NCBI GenBank assembly: GCA_964563155.1
Contig: CAZLVL010000001.1
Span: forward strand, 88,008-120,007
Origin: an uncultured Clostridiaceae bacterium
Lineage (GTDB): Bacteria; Bacillota; Clostridia; DUPQ01
Reading direction: 5' to 3'
DNA: 32,000 nucleotides
Shown one piece after another: positions 17,755 to 26,328 of the stretch (position 1 is its first letter; each line of letters starts with the position of its first letter). The position numbers and the translations under genes are program-made. The notes beneath the pieces are model-generated. The model was not told the DNA's origin. It did not search any database and was given only the letters and a program-made list of their open reading frames with translations.

Positions 17755-17782
17755 AAGAGCCACTAAACTGGCTCTTTTTTTA
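17755..17782 (+). terminator. Rho-independent terminator of the ABC exporter operon
   Basis: AAGAGCCA-ctaaac-TGGCTCTT followed by TTTTTA. Confidence 0.8.
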
Positions 17783-17867
17783 TCTATTCTATCCATTTAT
17801 ATTCAAAGAACATTTCCTGTAAGTTTCGCTTGCATTTCAAGGCATTTGTAAATTATTTTAAAAACTA

Positions 17868-17896
17868 TTGACAAAGCAATCTACATTTAATAAAAT
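17868..17896 (+). promoter_or_regulatory. Sigma-A promoter of the Trp T-box leader
   Basis: TTGACA (17868-17873), a 17 nt spacer, TAAAAT (17891-17896). Confidence 0.6.
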
Positions 17897-17902
17897 TCAA
17901 CC

Positions 17903-18175
17903 ACCAAAGAAAAACCGCTGATTAAGAAGAGTAGGCGAAGAGATTTATTGTACAGGGAGTTGCAGATACTGAGATTGCAGCAAAGAAGGCTTCACTGAAT
18001 GGACTTATGAGGGCAGGACGAAAGGAAACGAGTAGCGCCTGACGGGATCTCCACCCGTTATAAAGGGAGCATATATGAGTGTATATGGAATGAGTGGGCA
18101 TTTTTGCCAATCAGGGTGGTACCGCAGGAGTATAATCTCTTGTCCCTAGTTTTAGGGATGAGGGATTTTTTTTAT
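17903..18175 (+). promoter_or_regulatory. T-box leader, tryptophan specifier (UGG)
   Basis: Stem I has AGUA, an AG bulge (AGGGAG), a distal UGAGA, and the specifier loop GAA-UGG-A (UGG at 18000-18002). The T-box sequence AAUCAGGGUGGUACCGCAGG is at 18109-18128. The terminator CTCTTGTCCCTA-gttt-TAGGGATGAGGG plus a T run is at 18137-18174. Confidence 0.85.
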
Positions 18176-18213
18176 TTTCTTTGGTAGAAAAATATTTTTA
18201 GGAGAAGGAAAAA

Positions 18214-19197
18214 ATGAAAAAAACAAAGAAAATTTTGGTGCTCACCTTGGCAATTTTATTAATTATTAGCCTTGCATCTTGCACCACAAAAGAAAAGGTA
18301 ATAACAATAGGTGTTATTCAGTATGCTCCCCATGGGTCTTTAGACAACTGTTATGATGGTTTTATATTAGGCTTAGAAGAAGCTGGCTTTGTTGACAAGG
18401 ACAATATCAAGATTGACTTTCAAAATGCCATGGGAGAAATGGATAATAGTGATTTATTGGCCTCTACTATGGTAGCCTCCAACTATGACATGCTGGTGGG
18501 TATTGCAACACCTGCAGCCATGAGTGCTTATGCAGCCAGTAAAAACACCTCTATTCCTGTAGTCTTTTCTGCAGTATCAGATGCTGTAGCAGCAGGAATA
18601 GTAAAATCTAACGAAATACCTGGATACAATGTAACCGGGACATCGGATGTATTACCTCTAGAAGAGCAAATGCAAATGATAAGAGATTTTTTACCAAAGG
18701 CTGAAAAGATAGGAATTATTTACACCACCAGTGAGCCAAACTCTGTTACTCATCTTAATATTTTTAAAGAGCTAGCTAAGGTGTATGGTTTTACTATTGT
18801 AGAAGCAGGTGTTACCAACGCATCAGAGGTATCTATTACTGCAGCTTCCTTGGTTGCAAAAGGAGTGGATTGCATTAATAACTTTACAGATAACAATGTG
18901 GTCAATAACTTATCTTCAGTAATTCATGAAGCAAACAAGGCCAATATACCGGTCTTTGGCTCTGAAATTGAGCAGGTGAAAATAGGGTGTCTTGCATCTA
19001 TGAGCATTGATTATGTAGCCTTGGGAGTGGAAACTGGTAAGATTGCAGCTCGGATTTTAAATGGAGAAGCAGCCTCTGAGATTCCTGTTTCTCTCATTTC
19101 CACCAGTGAACCTGTATACAACTCAGAGGTTGCCAACAGATTAGGTATAGCCATTCCTGACCAATATGTGACTGGTGATAATGATATGGCTAATTAG
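18214..19197 (+). CDS. ABC importer substrate-binding lipoprotein (COG2984 / ABC_sub_bind family; TrpX-like)
   Basis: 327 aa with signal peptide and lipobox LASC. It has the family-typical ITIGVIQYAPHGSLD start. First gene after the Trp T-box. Confidence 0.8.
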   Translation: MKKTKKILVLTLAILLIISLASCTTKEKVITIGVIQYAPHGSLDNCYDGFILGLEEAGFVDKDNIKIDFQNAMGEMDNSDLLASTMVASNYDMLVGIATPAAMSAYAASKNTSIPVVFSAVSDAVAAGIVKSNEIPGYNVTGTSDVLPLEEQMQMIRDFLPKAEKIGIIYTTSEPNSVTHLNIFKELAKVYGFTIVEAGVTNASEVSITAASLVAKGVDCINNFTDNNVVNNLSSVIHEANKANIPVFGSEIEQVKIGCLASMSIDYVALGVETGKIAARILNGEAASEIPVSLISTSEPVYNSEVANRLGIAIPDQYVTGDNDMAN

Positions 19198-19214
19198 GAA
19201 GAAGGGATAAAACA

Positions 19215-20126
19215 ATGATTATTATCAACCTTTTACAAAACATCCTACAAGAGGGCTTTATCTATGGGATTATGGCTATGGGAGTTTACATTAGCTACAA
19301 GGTTATGGACTTTCCCGATTTGTCGGTTGATGGAACCTTTCCTCTTGGAATGTGCTTAACAGCAGCCCTCATAAATGCAGGGGTTAATCCCCTGCTAGCT
19401 TCCTTTCTAGCATTTTTAGCTGGCCTTATAGCTGGGTCTGTTACAGGTCTTATTCATGTAAAGCTAAAAATTACAGATCTACTTTCTGGTATCTTAGTTA
19501 TGACAGCTATGTGGTCTGTAAATTTAGTTATTACAAGAGGGTCTGCTGTTTTACCTTTTTACAACAAACCTACTTTTTTTAAAGGAAAATTCATAGACCT
19601 ACTACCTAGCTTTCTGAATAATTACTCCTCTTTAGTGATAACTTTTCTTTTTATGATGCTAGTAAAAATACTAATTGATTTGTATCTAAAAACAAAATCT
19701 GGTCTTTTGCTAAGGGCAGCTGGAGACAACTCTCAATTTGTAACCTCTTTATCAAAAGACCCTGGTCTAGCTAAGATAAGGGGTCTTGCCATAGGAAATG
19801 GCTGTACTGCCCTGGCTGGCTCTATTTTGGCTCAATACAATGAGTCAGCTAATGTTTCAGCAGGAACTGGAATGGTAGTTATGGCTTTAGCTAGTGTAAT
19901 CATTGGAGAGAGCATCTTTAGAAAAGTTACTTTTCTAAAAGGAACTACAACAGCTCTTTTTGGAGCAATTATATATAGGTTGTGTCTCTTACTTGCTATG
20001 CAATTAGGCTTACCTACCAACTATTTGAAGCTCTTAATGGCATTAATATTTGTAATTGCCTTAGTGTCTAACAACTATTTTTCAAGAGGGAGGAAAAAAC
20101 AATATGTCCAACCAGAAAGACTTTAA
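19215..20126 (+). CDS. ABC importer permease (COG4120; TrpY-like)
   Basis: 303 aa polytopic membrane protein, placed between the binding protein and the ATPase. Confidence 0.8.
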   Translation: MIIINLLQNILQEGFIYGIMAMGVYISYKVMDFPDLSVDGTFPLGMCLTAALINAGVNPLLASFLAFLAGLIAGSVTGLIHVKLKITDLLSGILVMTAMWSVNLVITRGSAVLPFYNKPTFFKGKFIDLLPSFLNNYSSLVITFLFMMLVKILIDLYLKTKSGLLLRAAGDNSQFVTSLSKDPGLAKIRGLAIGNGCTALAGSILAQYNESANVSAGTGMVVMALASVIIGESIFRKVTFLKGTTTALFGAIIYRLCLLLAMQLGLPTNYLKLLMALIFVIALVSNNYFSRGRKKQYVQPERL

Positions 20127-20919
20127 AGAGAAAAATCCTGTAAATATAGTTGAGTTGAAGGATATTAAAAAGACCTTTAACAAGGGCTATGTTAATCAAG
20201 TAGAGCTATTTAATAATTTTAACTTAACAATACAAAAAGGCTCCTTTACAACAGTTGTGGGAAGCAATGGCTCAGGTAAAACCAGTCTATTGAACATAAT
20301 CTGTGGAAATATATCTATTGACCAGGGATACATTTTTTTAAACGGTGAAGATATTAACCACTACAAGGAGTATCAAAGAGCTAAAAAGATTGGTAGGGTT
20401 TTTCAAGATCCCTCTCTAGGAACTTGTCCCCAATTGACTATTTTAGAAAATCTATCCCTTGCCTATAACAAGAACAAAGCTTTTTCATTGAGTCCAGCTA
20501 TTAGTAAAAGAAATATTGAATTTTTTGGCTCTCAATTAAAACTATTAGAAATGGGTCTAGAAAACAAGATGACCCAAAAGGTAGCTACCTTGTCTGGAGG
20601 CCAAAGGCAAGCCCTTGCCCTTTTAATTTCCACCTTAACTCCCATTGACCTTTTAATCTTAGATGAACATACAGCAGCCCTTGACCCTAAATCTTCTGAA
20701 ACAATAATGGCCTTAACAGATTCTTTTATTAAAAGCAAAAAGATAACCACCTTAATGGTTACTCATAACCTTAGGTATGCTGTAGATTACGGAGATAGAA
20801 TTATAATGATGCACCAAGGAGATATGGTGGTAGATGCAAAAGAAAGAGAAAAAGAAAACTACCAGATAGAAGACCTTTTAAAGATTTTCAATTCCATATC
20901 CATAGAATGTGGTAATTAA
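20104..20919 (+). CDS. ABC importer ATP-binding protein (COG1101; TrpZ-like)
   Basis: 271 aa with Walker A GSNGSGKT, signature LSGGQRQ, Walker B LLILDEHT and H-loop VTHN. GGGAGG SD. It overlaps the permease gene by 23 nt. Confidence 0.85.
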   Translation: MSNQKDFKEKNPVNIVELKDIKKTFNKGYVNQVELFNNFNLTIQKGSFTTVVGSNGSGKTSLLNIICGNISIDQGYIFLNGEDINHYKEYQRAKKIGRVFQDPSLGTCPQLTILENLSLAYNKNKAFSLSPAISKRNIEFFGSQLKLLEMGLENKMTQKVATLSGGQRQALALLISTLTPIDLLILDEHTAALDPKSSETIMALTDSFIKSKKITTLMVTHNLRYAVDYGDRIIMMHQGDMVVDAKEREKENYQIEDLLKIFNSISIECGN

Positions 20920-20920
20920 A

Positions 20921-20962
20921 GAGGAAGTCGAAAAGAATAATTCTTTTCTTCTTCCTTTTTTA
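20921..20962 (+). terminator. Terminator between the convergent Trp transporter and MetRS-like genes
   Basis: GAGGAAG-tc-GAAAAGAA-taa-TTCTTTTC-tt-CTTCCTT followed by TTTTT. The T run is good only for the plus-strand transcript. Confidence 0.75.
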
Positions 20963-20990
20963 ATTTCTTGTCATCTAAGTTAGTTATTTT

Positions 20991-22973
20991 TTACTCAAAC
21001 TGACTTTCATGCTTTTCAAAAAAGTCTTCTCTAGGGTTTAAGAAAATGGTTGGGCTATTTTTGTCTATTAACATGTCTTCAACTGTTAAAAAGGCATTAT
21101 CCCAACTCCATATTTCAGGTTTAAAACCAATATATTTTCTTACCAACTCACAGCCCTTTGGAGCTACAGGGTGAAGTAGAAGAAGAGCTGTCTTTATTCC
21201 ATAAAAGCAATCAATTAGGATTTGTTTTCTCAACTCTTCATTGTTTTCTTTTTCGACAATCCTAATATTATTAGACCAATGCTTATTTAACATTCTCACA
21301 TAACTATCTAAAACATAGGCGATTCTGTGAATATCATTGTTATACATGTGAAGCTCATACTCTAAAAGCGCTGCATGTGACTCGTCAACTATCTCAGGTG
21401 AAACCTCTCCAATTTGGACCTTAGAATCATAATTATCTTGGATTGAGTATAGACAAGACCTAACTAATCTATTAAATACATTGGTTAAAAGATTTCCCTC
21501 TTTAACAGCAGGGTCTACACCAATTTGTTCTTCTTTAGGCAAAAGAGCTAAAGGCTTAAAACTAGAACTTTTACTTGTAAGGCCTAGACTTATAAAGTGC
21601 ATTCTCAATTGTTCTGCTGTGTAACATTCCAAAAGGTCATTTGCCATAGGTGGCTTAATAGCTGAGCTACTAGAGGCCTTTTTATCCATAAACAAGATAT
21701 GCTTATTGGCAATTATTAAGGGCAAGTTTAACTTAGTCATATCAATATCTTCAAACTTATCACTTCTTAGGGCAGAGAACATGGCCATTTCTGCAATTGC
21801 ATAAAAGTATATATTATCCTCACCAATAAATTGGTAGACCTTTGAATCTTCATGGTCCCACCAATCTTTCCAGTCTTGGTCATTTTTCTTTGTTTCAATC
21901 AGGTAGCTTCTTAGAAATGATACAGGAGCCCATAAAGATTCTGGCCATACCCAGAAGGTTAAATCTTTAAGGCCTTCTTTTTCCATTACAGGTACTCCCC
22001 ATTCAATATTTCCTGATAGTCTAAAAGGAACTAGGGTCTTTCCTGTCCTATAGCGGATTTGCTTTTCATTTAAAACATCTCTTGCCTTATCTCTATCTTC
22101 TAGAGACTTAAAGACAAAGGTTACAGAAGGCTTTCTTTCTTCTTCAATTAATTCATGATTTGGAAAGAAAGATCTCAAATCCTTCATATCCTCAATTTGC
22201 TTTTTTTGCACATATATTACTGGAGGCTTTAAGAACTCTTCTATGGCATCTAAAACAAACTTTCTAGTTACAGAATTGGCTCTTAAGTTGTCCACCTGTT
22301 CTTGCATTTTGTCAGCAAACTCTTCTAGCTTAAAATACCAGTTTTCCACATTTACAATGGTGGGTTTTAGCCCAGACAAAGCACTTTTTGGATCGATTAA
22401 CTCCTCTGGCATATATTGATGTCCAGCTGCACATTCATCTGCATAGGCCTTATCTGACACACAGCCCTCAAAGGGGCATCTTCCTTCAACCTGTCTTCCA
22501 TTTAGTAGTACTTCAAACTGAGGATCAAAAAATTGAGGTGTGGACATCTTGTTCAAATAGCCCTTATCATAAAGCTGGCTAAAGACCTCATCAGAGACCT
22601 TTTTATGAACCTGCTTATCTTCAAAAAGACCAGAAGCACCAAAATGGTTAAGACTTATTTGATAATCATCTAAGGTCTTTTTTTGCTTATCGTGATTGTA
22701 CTTAACGAAATCACTTATATCAGAAAAGTCCTTATTACCCTCTTCTTGAATTTTTCTATAGCTTTCCACAATTGGAGAACCATAGCAATCGGTACCTGAT
22801 ACAAAAATTACATTATCAGCACCTATCCTGTCTCGCATAAATCTTGCAAATACATCTGCGTGTACAAACAAGCCCCCTATATGTCCAAAATGCAATTCTT
22901 TGTTACCATAGGGCATTCCTCCGGTAATAACTGCTCTTTTTGGAAATTTTGGTCTATTATCTATATTTTTCAT
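20991..22973 (-). CDS. Divergent methionyl-tRNA-synthetase-family (class I) enzyme; substrate uncertain
   Basis: 660 aa with a GGAGG SD. It has a HIGH motif (HFGH, PYGNKELHFGHIGGLFVHADVFARFMR). The connective-peptide region aligns with E. coli MetG (FFDPQ..GRCPFEGC...ECAAGH..PEELIDPKS), as does FIGEDNIYF. Anticodon-domain residues N..R (NRLVR) and KHW are retained. However, KMSKS reads KASSS (21666-21680) and pocket residues differ (see findings). Confidence 0.75.
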   Translation of the reverse strand: MKNIDNRPKFPKRAVITGGMPYGNKELHFGHIGGLFVHADVFARFMRDRIGADNVIFVSGTDCYGSPIVESYRKIQEEGNKDFSDISDFVKYNHDKQKKTLDDYQISLNHFGASGLFEDKQVHKKVSDEVFSQLYDKGYLNKMSTPQFFDPQFEVLLNGRQVEGRCPFEGCVSDKAYADECAAGHQYMPEELIDPKSALSGLKPTIVNVENWYFKLEEFADKMQEQVDNLRANSVTRKFVLDAIEEFLKPPVIYVQKKQIEDMKDLRSFFPNHELIEEERKPSVTFVFKSLEDRDKARDVLNEKQIRYRTGKTLVPFRLSGNIEWGVPVMEKEGLKDLTFWVWPESLWAPVSFLRSYLIETKKNDQDWKDWWDHEDSKVYQFIGEDNIYFYAIAEMAMFSALRSDKFEDIDMTKLNLPLIIANKHILFMDKKASSSSAIKPPMANDLLECYTAEQLRMHFISLGLTSKSSSFKPLALLPKEEQIGVDPAVKEGNLLTNVFNRLVRSCLYSIQDNYDSKVQIGEVSPEIVDESHAALLEYELHMYNNDIHRIAYVLDSYVRMLNKHWSNNIRIVEKENNEELRKQILIDCFYGIKTALLLLHPVAPKGCELVRKYIGFKPEIWSWDNAFLTVEDMLIDKNSPTIFLNPREDFFEKHESQFE

Positions 22974-22992
22974 ATTCCCTCCTTAAAGACGC

Positions 22993-23224
22993 AAAAAAGC
23001 CCCTAATCTCATATATTTAGGGGCGATTGTTTATCGCGGTGCCACCCTACTTTACATATGCGTCACCACATATGCCTTGCAAAGTAATCTTACTTTTGTT
23101 CTATAAGGGGAACAACCCATATTGGCTCCAAGGCTTGGTTCATGGGGTTTGAAATACCCTTTCTCATCTTCTGGGTTTTCTGTAAATTCAAGATCCGCAC
23201 TACTCTTCTTTTCATTGCCGTCTT
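22993..23224 (-). promoter_or_regulatory. T-box leader (minus strand) of the MetRS-like gene; specifier assignment ambiguous
   Basis: Read on the minus strand. K-turn GGC-AAU-GA ... GA-GCC, AGUA, AG bulge AGAAA, distal UGAGA, and a specifier loop containing AUGAACCAAGC. The T-box AGUAGGGUGGCACCGCG is the rc of 23035-23051. The terminator GCCCCTAA-atatatgaga-TTAGGGGC plus T6 is the rc of 22993-23024. Confidence 0.85.
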
Positions 23225-23230
23225 TTCCAA

Positions 23231-23260
23231 AGTATAAAATGAAAGGTAAGCTTTTGTCAA
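23231..23260 (-). promoter_or_regulatory. Sigma-A promoter of the minus-strand T-box leader
   Basis: The rc reads TTGACA (23260-23255), an 18 nt spacer, TATACT (23236-23231). It overlaps the stop codon of the upstream HAD gene. Confidence 0.55.
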
Positions 23261-24219
23261 ACTAAAGCCTGAAATATGTGGTAAATTTGCTCATCTAAAA
23301 AATCTTCAACCAAGATATTGCTACCCAGCTCTTTATGAAGCTTTTGTTGATATGTCATAGAAGATGATAGCCTACTCATGGTTATGGCATCCATTTCTAC
23401 GCCAGCGCTTATCTCGGCTCTTCCATCTCCCACCACTAAAACAGCTCTAGGGTCAATGGAGAGCTTTTTTACTAAATCATTCATTATTACATTCTTAGGT
23501 ACTTTGTCTGTCCAGGTAGAGCCAATAATGTCTTCAATGAGTTTTCCACGGCCTATGCTGTAGCCTAGGGTTTCCACCTCTTCAAACATACCCATTCCTT
23601 TTTCTACCACTGCCCCAGTGACAAAGTAGTTTTTAACCTTATTATCTTTTAGATATTGTAAAAACTTAAAAGAGCCTTCAATTCGAAAATCTTCTGGCTT
23701 TATTTTAGCTAGCTCTAAATTTTTATCCCTACAAAAACCATTAAGCACCTGTTCATAAAACTTAAAAAGCCTAGGGGTATTATTAATAAGCATTTGCTTC
23801 ATTTCTTTTGTTTCAGAAAAATCATCAAATACTTCAATTCCTTGCCATATTAGAGCTATTATTTCTTTATTGGTTTTTTCCTTATGGTTTACAATTACTG
23901 TTTTTTCTTCTACAGCCCGCCTTATGGCCCATTCCATCTGGGTTAGGGCAGATAGTCCAGCAGACTCTACACAAAATCTATCCGTCTCTTCTAAGACTTT
24001 TGTGCCAGCTGCATTTATGAGTCTAGTAATATTTTCTTTACTATCATAACCTTCATTTAAGCCATTTTCTATTACATCATGTAAAACAATAGACATGACA
24101 GGAGGCCAGTCTCTAATAAGAGAATGGGTCCCGTCAATGTCATGAAAAGCATGGGTAATCACTCGATCCTCAAAAGGATTTATTATTAATGAGGATTTTA
24201 TAAAGTTAGCTTTAATCAT
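23257..24219 (-). CDS. HAD-superfamily hydrolase/mutase-like protein with a very large cap insertion
   Basis: 320 aa. Motif I is FHDIDGTHS, motif II FVTGA, motif IV VVGDGRAE. About 170 aa lie between motifs I and II. Confidence 0.65.
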   Translation of the reverse strand: MIKANFIKSSLIINPFEDRVITHAFHDIDGTHSLIRDWPPVMSIVLHDVIENGLNEGYDSKENITRLINAAGTKVLEETDRFCVESAGLSALTQMEWAIRRAVEEKTVIVNHKEKTNKEIIALIWQGIEVFDDFSETKEMKQMLINNTPRLFKFYEQVLNGFCRDKNLELAKIKPEDFRIEGSFKFLQYLKDNKVKNYFVTGAVVEKGMGMFEEVETLGYSIGRGKLIEDIIGSTWTDKVPKNVIMNDLVKKLSIDPRAVLVVGDGRAEISAGVEMDAITMSRLSSSMTYQQKLHKELGSNILVEDFLDEQIYHIFQALV

Positions 24220-24221
24220 AT

Positions 24222-25253
24222 TTATTTTTCTTCAGTACAAAGACCAATCAAATCGTTTACATCGCAGGTTGCCATTCTAAGAATGGAGTCTCCAGCTGCA
24301 TAGTATATTCTGATTTGATTGTCATCATCCAAAAGTGCTCCGCAAGGGAACAAAGCATTTACTCTATAGCCTTCTACAGTTTCGTAATGTCCTTCAGGAA
24401 TAATTAAAGGACGTTTGCTCATTCCTATTACCTTGGAAGGATCTTGTAGGTCTAAAAGAGCAACAGCTATGGTATATCTCTTCTTCCAGGTAGGTTCCCA
24501 ACCATTTTTACCTCTTGCAGGGTCAAAGTCTACTGCATGATAAAGCATAAGCCAGCCTTTATCGGTTTTAATTGGAGGAGCTCCAGGACCAATTTTTTCA
24601 TTGGCAAAAGGAACATGCTCAACACCTAGAACTAGTCTGGATTTTCCCCAGTAAACTAAATCTGGAGACTCAGAAAGCCAGATATCAAATTTCATCCCAT
24701 CTCTACCATAAACTGGCATAGGTCTTTCTAAACGGACATAGTTTCCATTTATTTTTTCTGGAAACAGTACCATATTTCTGTTTTCAGGTACTGACATAGA
24801 GATTACATCAAATTTCTTTAAATCTTTTGTTTCTGCAATTCCACCACAAACTCCGTGCTTTGTGTCCACTGCGAAACAAATTATATAGCGGTCATCCATA
24901 ACGGTTATTCTTGGGTCATACACCCTTATAACTTCGTCATCTGCCATGGCAAAACAAGGCTCAGGTTCAACCTTCCATTTAAGTCCATCATCACTAAAAG
25001 CTAGACCTAAATTGGTTCCATCAATTCTTTGTTCATCATATGAGCCATAGTCGTTTCTAAAAATCATGATATATTTGTTGTCATGTTTTACAACACCTGC
25101 ATTAAAGGTTAAAGCAGAAGCATAAGGAACATCGTGTCTACTTAGAATGGTTTCAGGGTAACGGGTAATAATTGGACTTGTTGAAAATAAGCTTTCATCC
25201 AATGCCTCTTGTGGGCAAGCATAAAGGACTTTGCGGGTTGCTTCATCTAACAT
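24222..25253 (-). CDS. GH130-family glycoside phosphorylase (beta-mannoside phosphorylase type)
   Basis: 343 aa with GH130 motifs: FNAGVVKHDNKYIMIFR, YDPRI (catalytic Asp context), ENRNMVLFPEKINGNYVRLERP (phosphate-binding Arg/Asn) and LMLYHAV. Confidence 0.8.
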   Translation of the reverse strand: MLDEATRKVLYACPQEALDESLFSTSPIITRYPETILSRHDVPYASALTFNAGVVKHDNKYIMIFRNDYGSYDEQRIDGTNLGLAFSDDGLKWKVEPEPCFAMADDEVIRVYDPRITVMDDRYIICFAVDTKHGVCGGIAETKDLKKFDVISMSVPENRNMVLFPEKINGNYVRLERPMPVYGRDGMKFDIWLSESPDLVYWGKSRLVLGVEHVPFANEKIGPGAPPIKTDKGWLMLYHAVDFDPARGKNGWEPTWKKRYTIAVALLDLQDPSKVIGMSKRPLIIPEGHYETVEGYRVNALFPCGALLDDDNQIRIYYAAGDSILRMATCDVNDLIGLCTEEK

Positions 25254-25426
25254 TATTAAATACCTTCCTTAAATATATTTTTGATACCTTAACTTTACCT
25301 ACATTACATATTTAAGTCAATATAAAGACTCTCGATATTAGCATATTTCTAGGCCCTTACTTTTTTCCTACTCTATTTCTTTTCTTCATGCTATAATTAC
25401 AGACAAATAAGAGAAAAGAGAGCTCA

Positions 25427-26221
25427 ATGGATCGGTCTTTTTATACCTATAAACCTAGCAACTTTGAAGAAAATTCCACATATTTTGACCATTATTTGAA
25501 GGATTTACCAAAACCCTTCGATGATTATTTTGAGATGAATTTAGACCAATCCACCTTTTACTCCCTTTTGTATAGGGACAATCATGTAGGCTTTTTTAGC
25601 ATCATGGAAGATAAGTATTTAACCTCTATTTATCTACCCTATCCCCTTTTGTACACTAGTTCTAACTTCTTTCAATTGATTATGAATGACTTTGATTTGC
25701 AGATGATGTTGGTTACTAGTTTTGATGAATTGGGCTTAAGCTTGTGTGTGGACAATATGGATAATATTGAAACCCATTATCTCTATTACAGCCCAAGTGG
25801 CCTTATAGTAAGAAAAGCAGAGCACCCCTTTGAGCTGTTTACTAAGGCCTCACTTTTTGACATTGACCAAATTAAAGAGGTTGCTAAAGACTTTATTGAT
25901 TCTTACGAATACAGGATAAATGCCAATCAAGTCTATATGCAAAAAGATGACCAAGGTAATATCTTAGGATTGGGACTTTTTGTACCCCACAAATATCAAG
26001 CAGGTTTTGTTAGTTTCGGTGTCTATGTTGCTGAGTCTACAAGGAATAAATCTGTAGGAAGAAGTATACTTTTGCACCTAAATAAAGTTGCTCAAGAAAA
26101 AAACCTTATACCTAGATGTGCTAGCCTTCCTTCCAACCAGATATATAATAAAACTCTTTTAAGTGCTGGTTTTATCAGTGACTCTAAACTTTTTGTAGGA
26201 CGCAAACTTAATAGAAAGTAA
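25427..26221 (+). CDS. Hypothetical protein with a GNAT-like C-terminal acetyltransferase domain
   Basis: 264 aa. The C-terminal part has a motif-A-like VAESTRNKSVGRSILLHLNKVAQEKN. A perfect TATAAT lies at 25392-25397 upstream. Confidence 0.5.
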   Translation: MDRSFYTYKPSNFEENSTYFDHYLKDLPKPFDDYFEMNLDQSTFYSLLYRDNHVGFFSIMEDKYLTSIYLPYPLLYTSSNFFQLIMNDFDLQMMLVTSFDELGLSLCVDNMDNIETHYLYYSPSGLIVRKAEHPFELFTKASLFDIDQIKEVAKDFIDSYEYRINANQVYMQKDDQGNILGLGLFVPHKYQAGFVSFGVYVAESTRNKSVGRSILLHLNKVAQEKNLIPRCASLPSNQIYNKTLLSAGFISDSKLFVGRKLNRK

Positions 26222-26299
26222 GTTTTTCTCTCTTTCACCTACACAAATTCTTTCGCAATTAATCGGAAATATTTTTACGCAAAAGAAGTTGTCAAATTA

Positions 26300-26328
26300 T
26301 TGACATGGTTTTTTCCCTATGTTATAGT
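26300..26328 (+). promoter_or_regulatory. Sigma-A promoter of the flagellar (flgB) operon
   Basis: TTGACA (26300-26305), a 17 nt spacer, TATAGT (26323-26328), about 130 nt upstream of flgB. Confidence 0.65.

Noticed and set aside
17922-18110. 62 aa minus-strand ORF
   Set aside because: It lies wholly inside the plus-strand Trp T-box leader, whose conserved RNA motifs explain the sequence.
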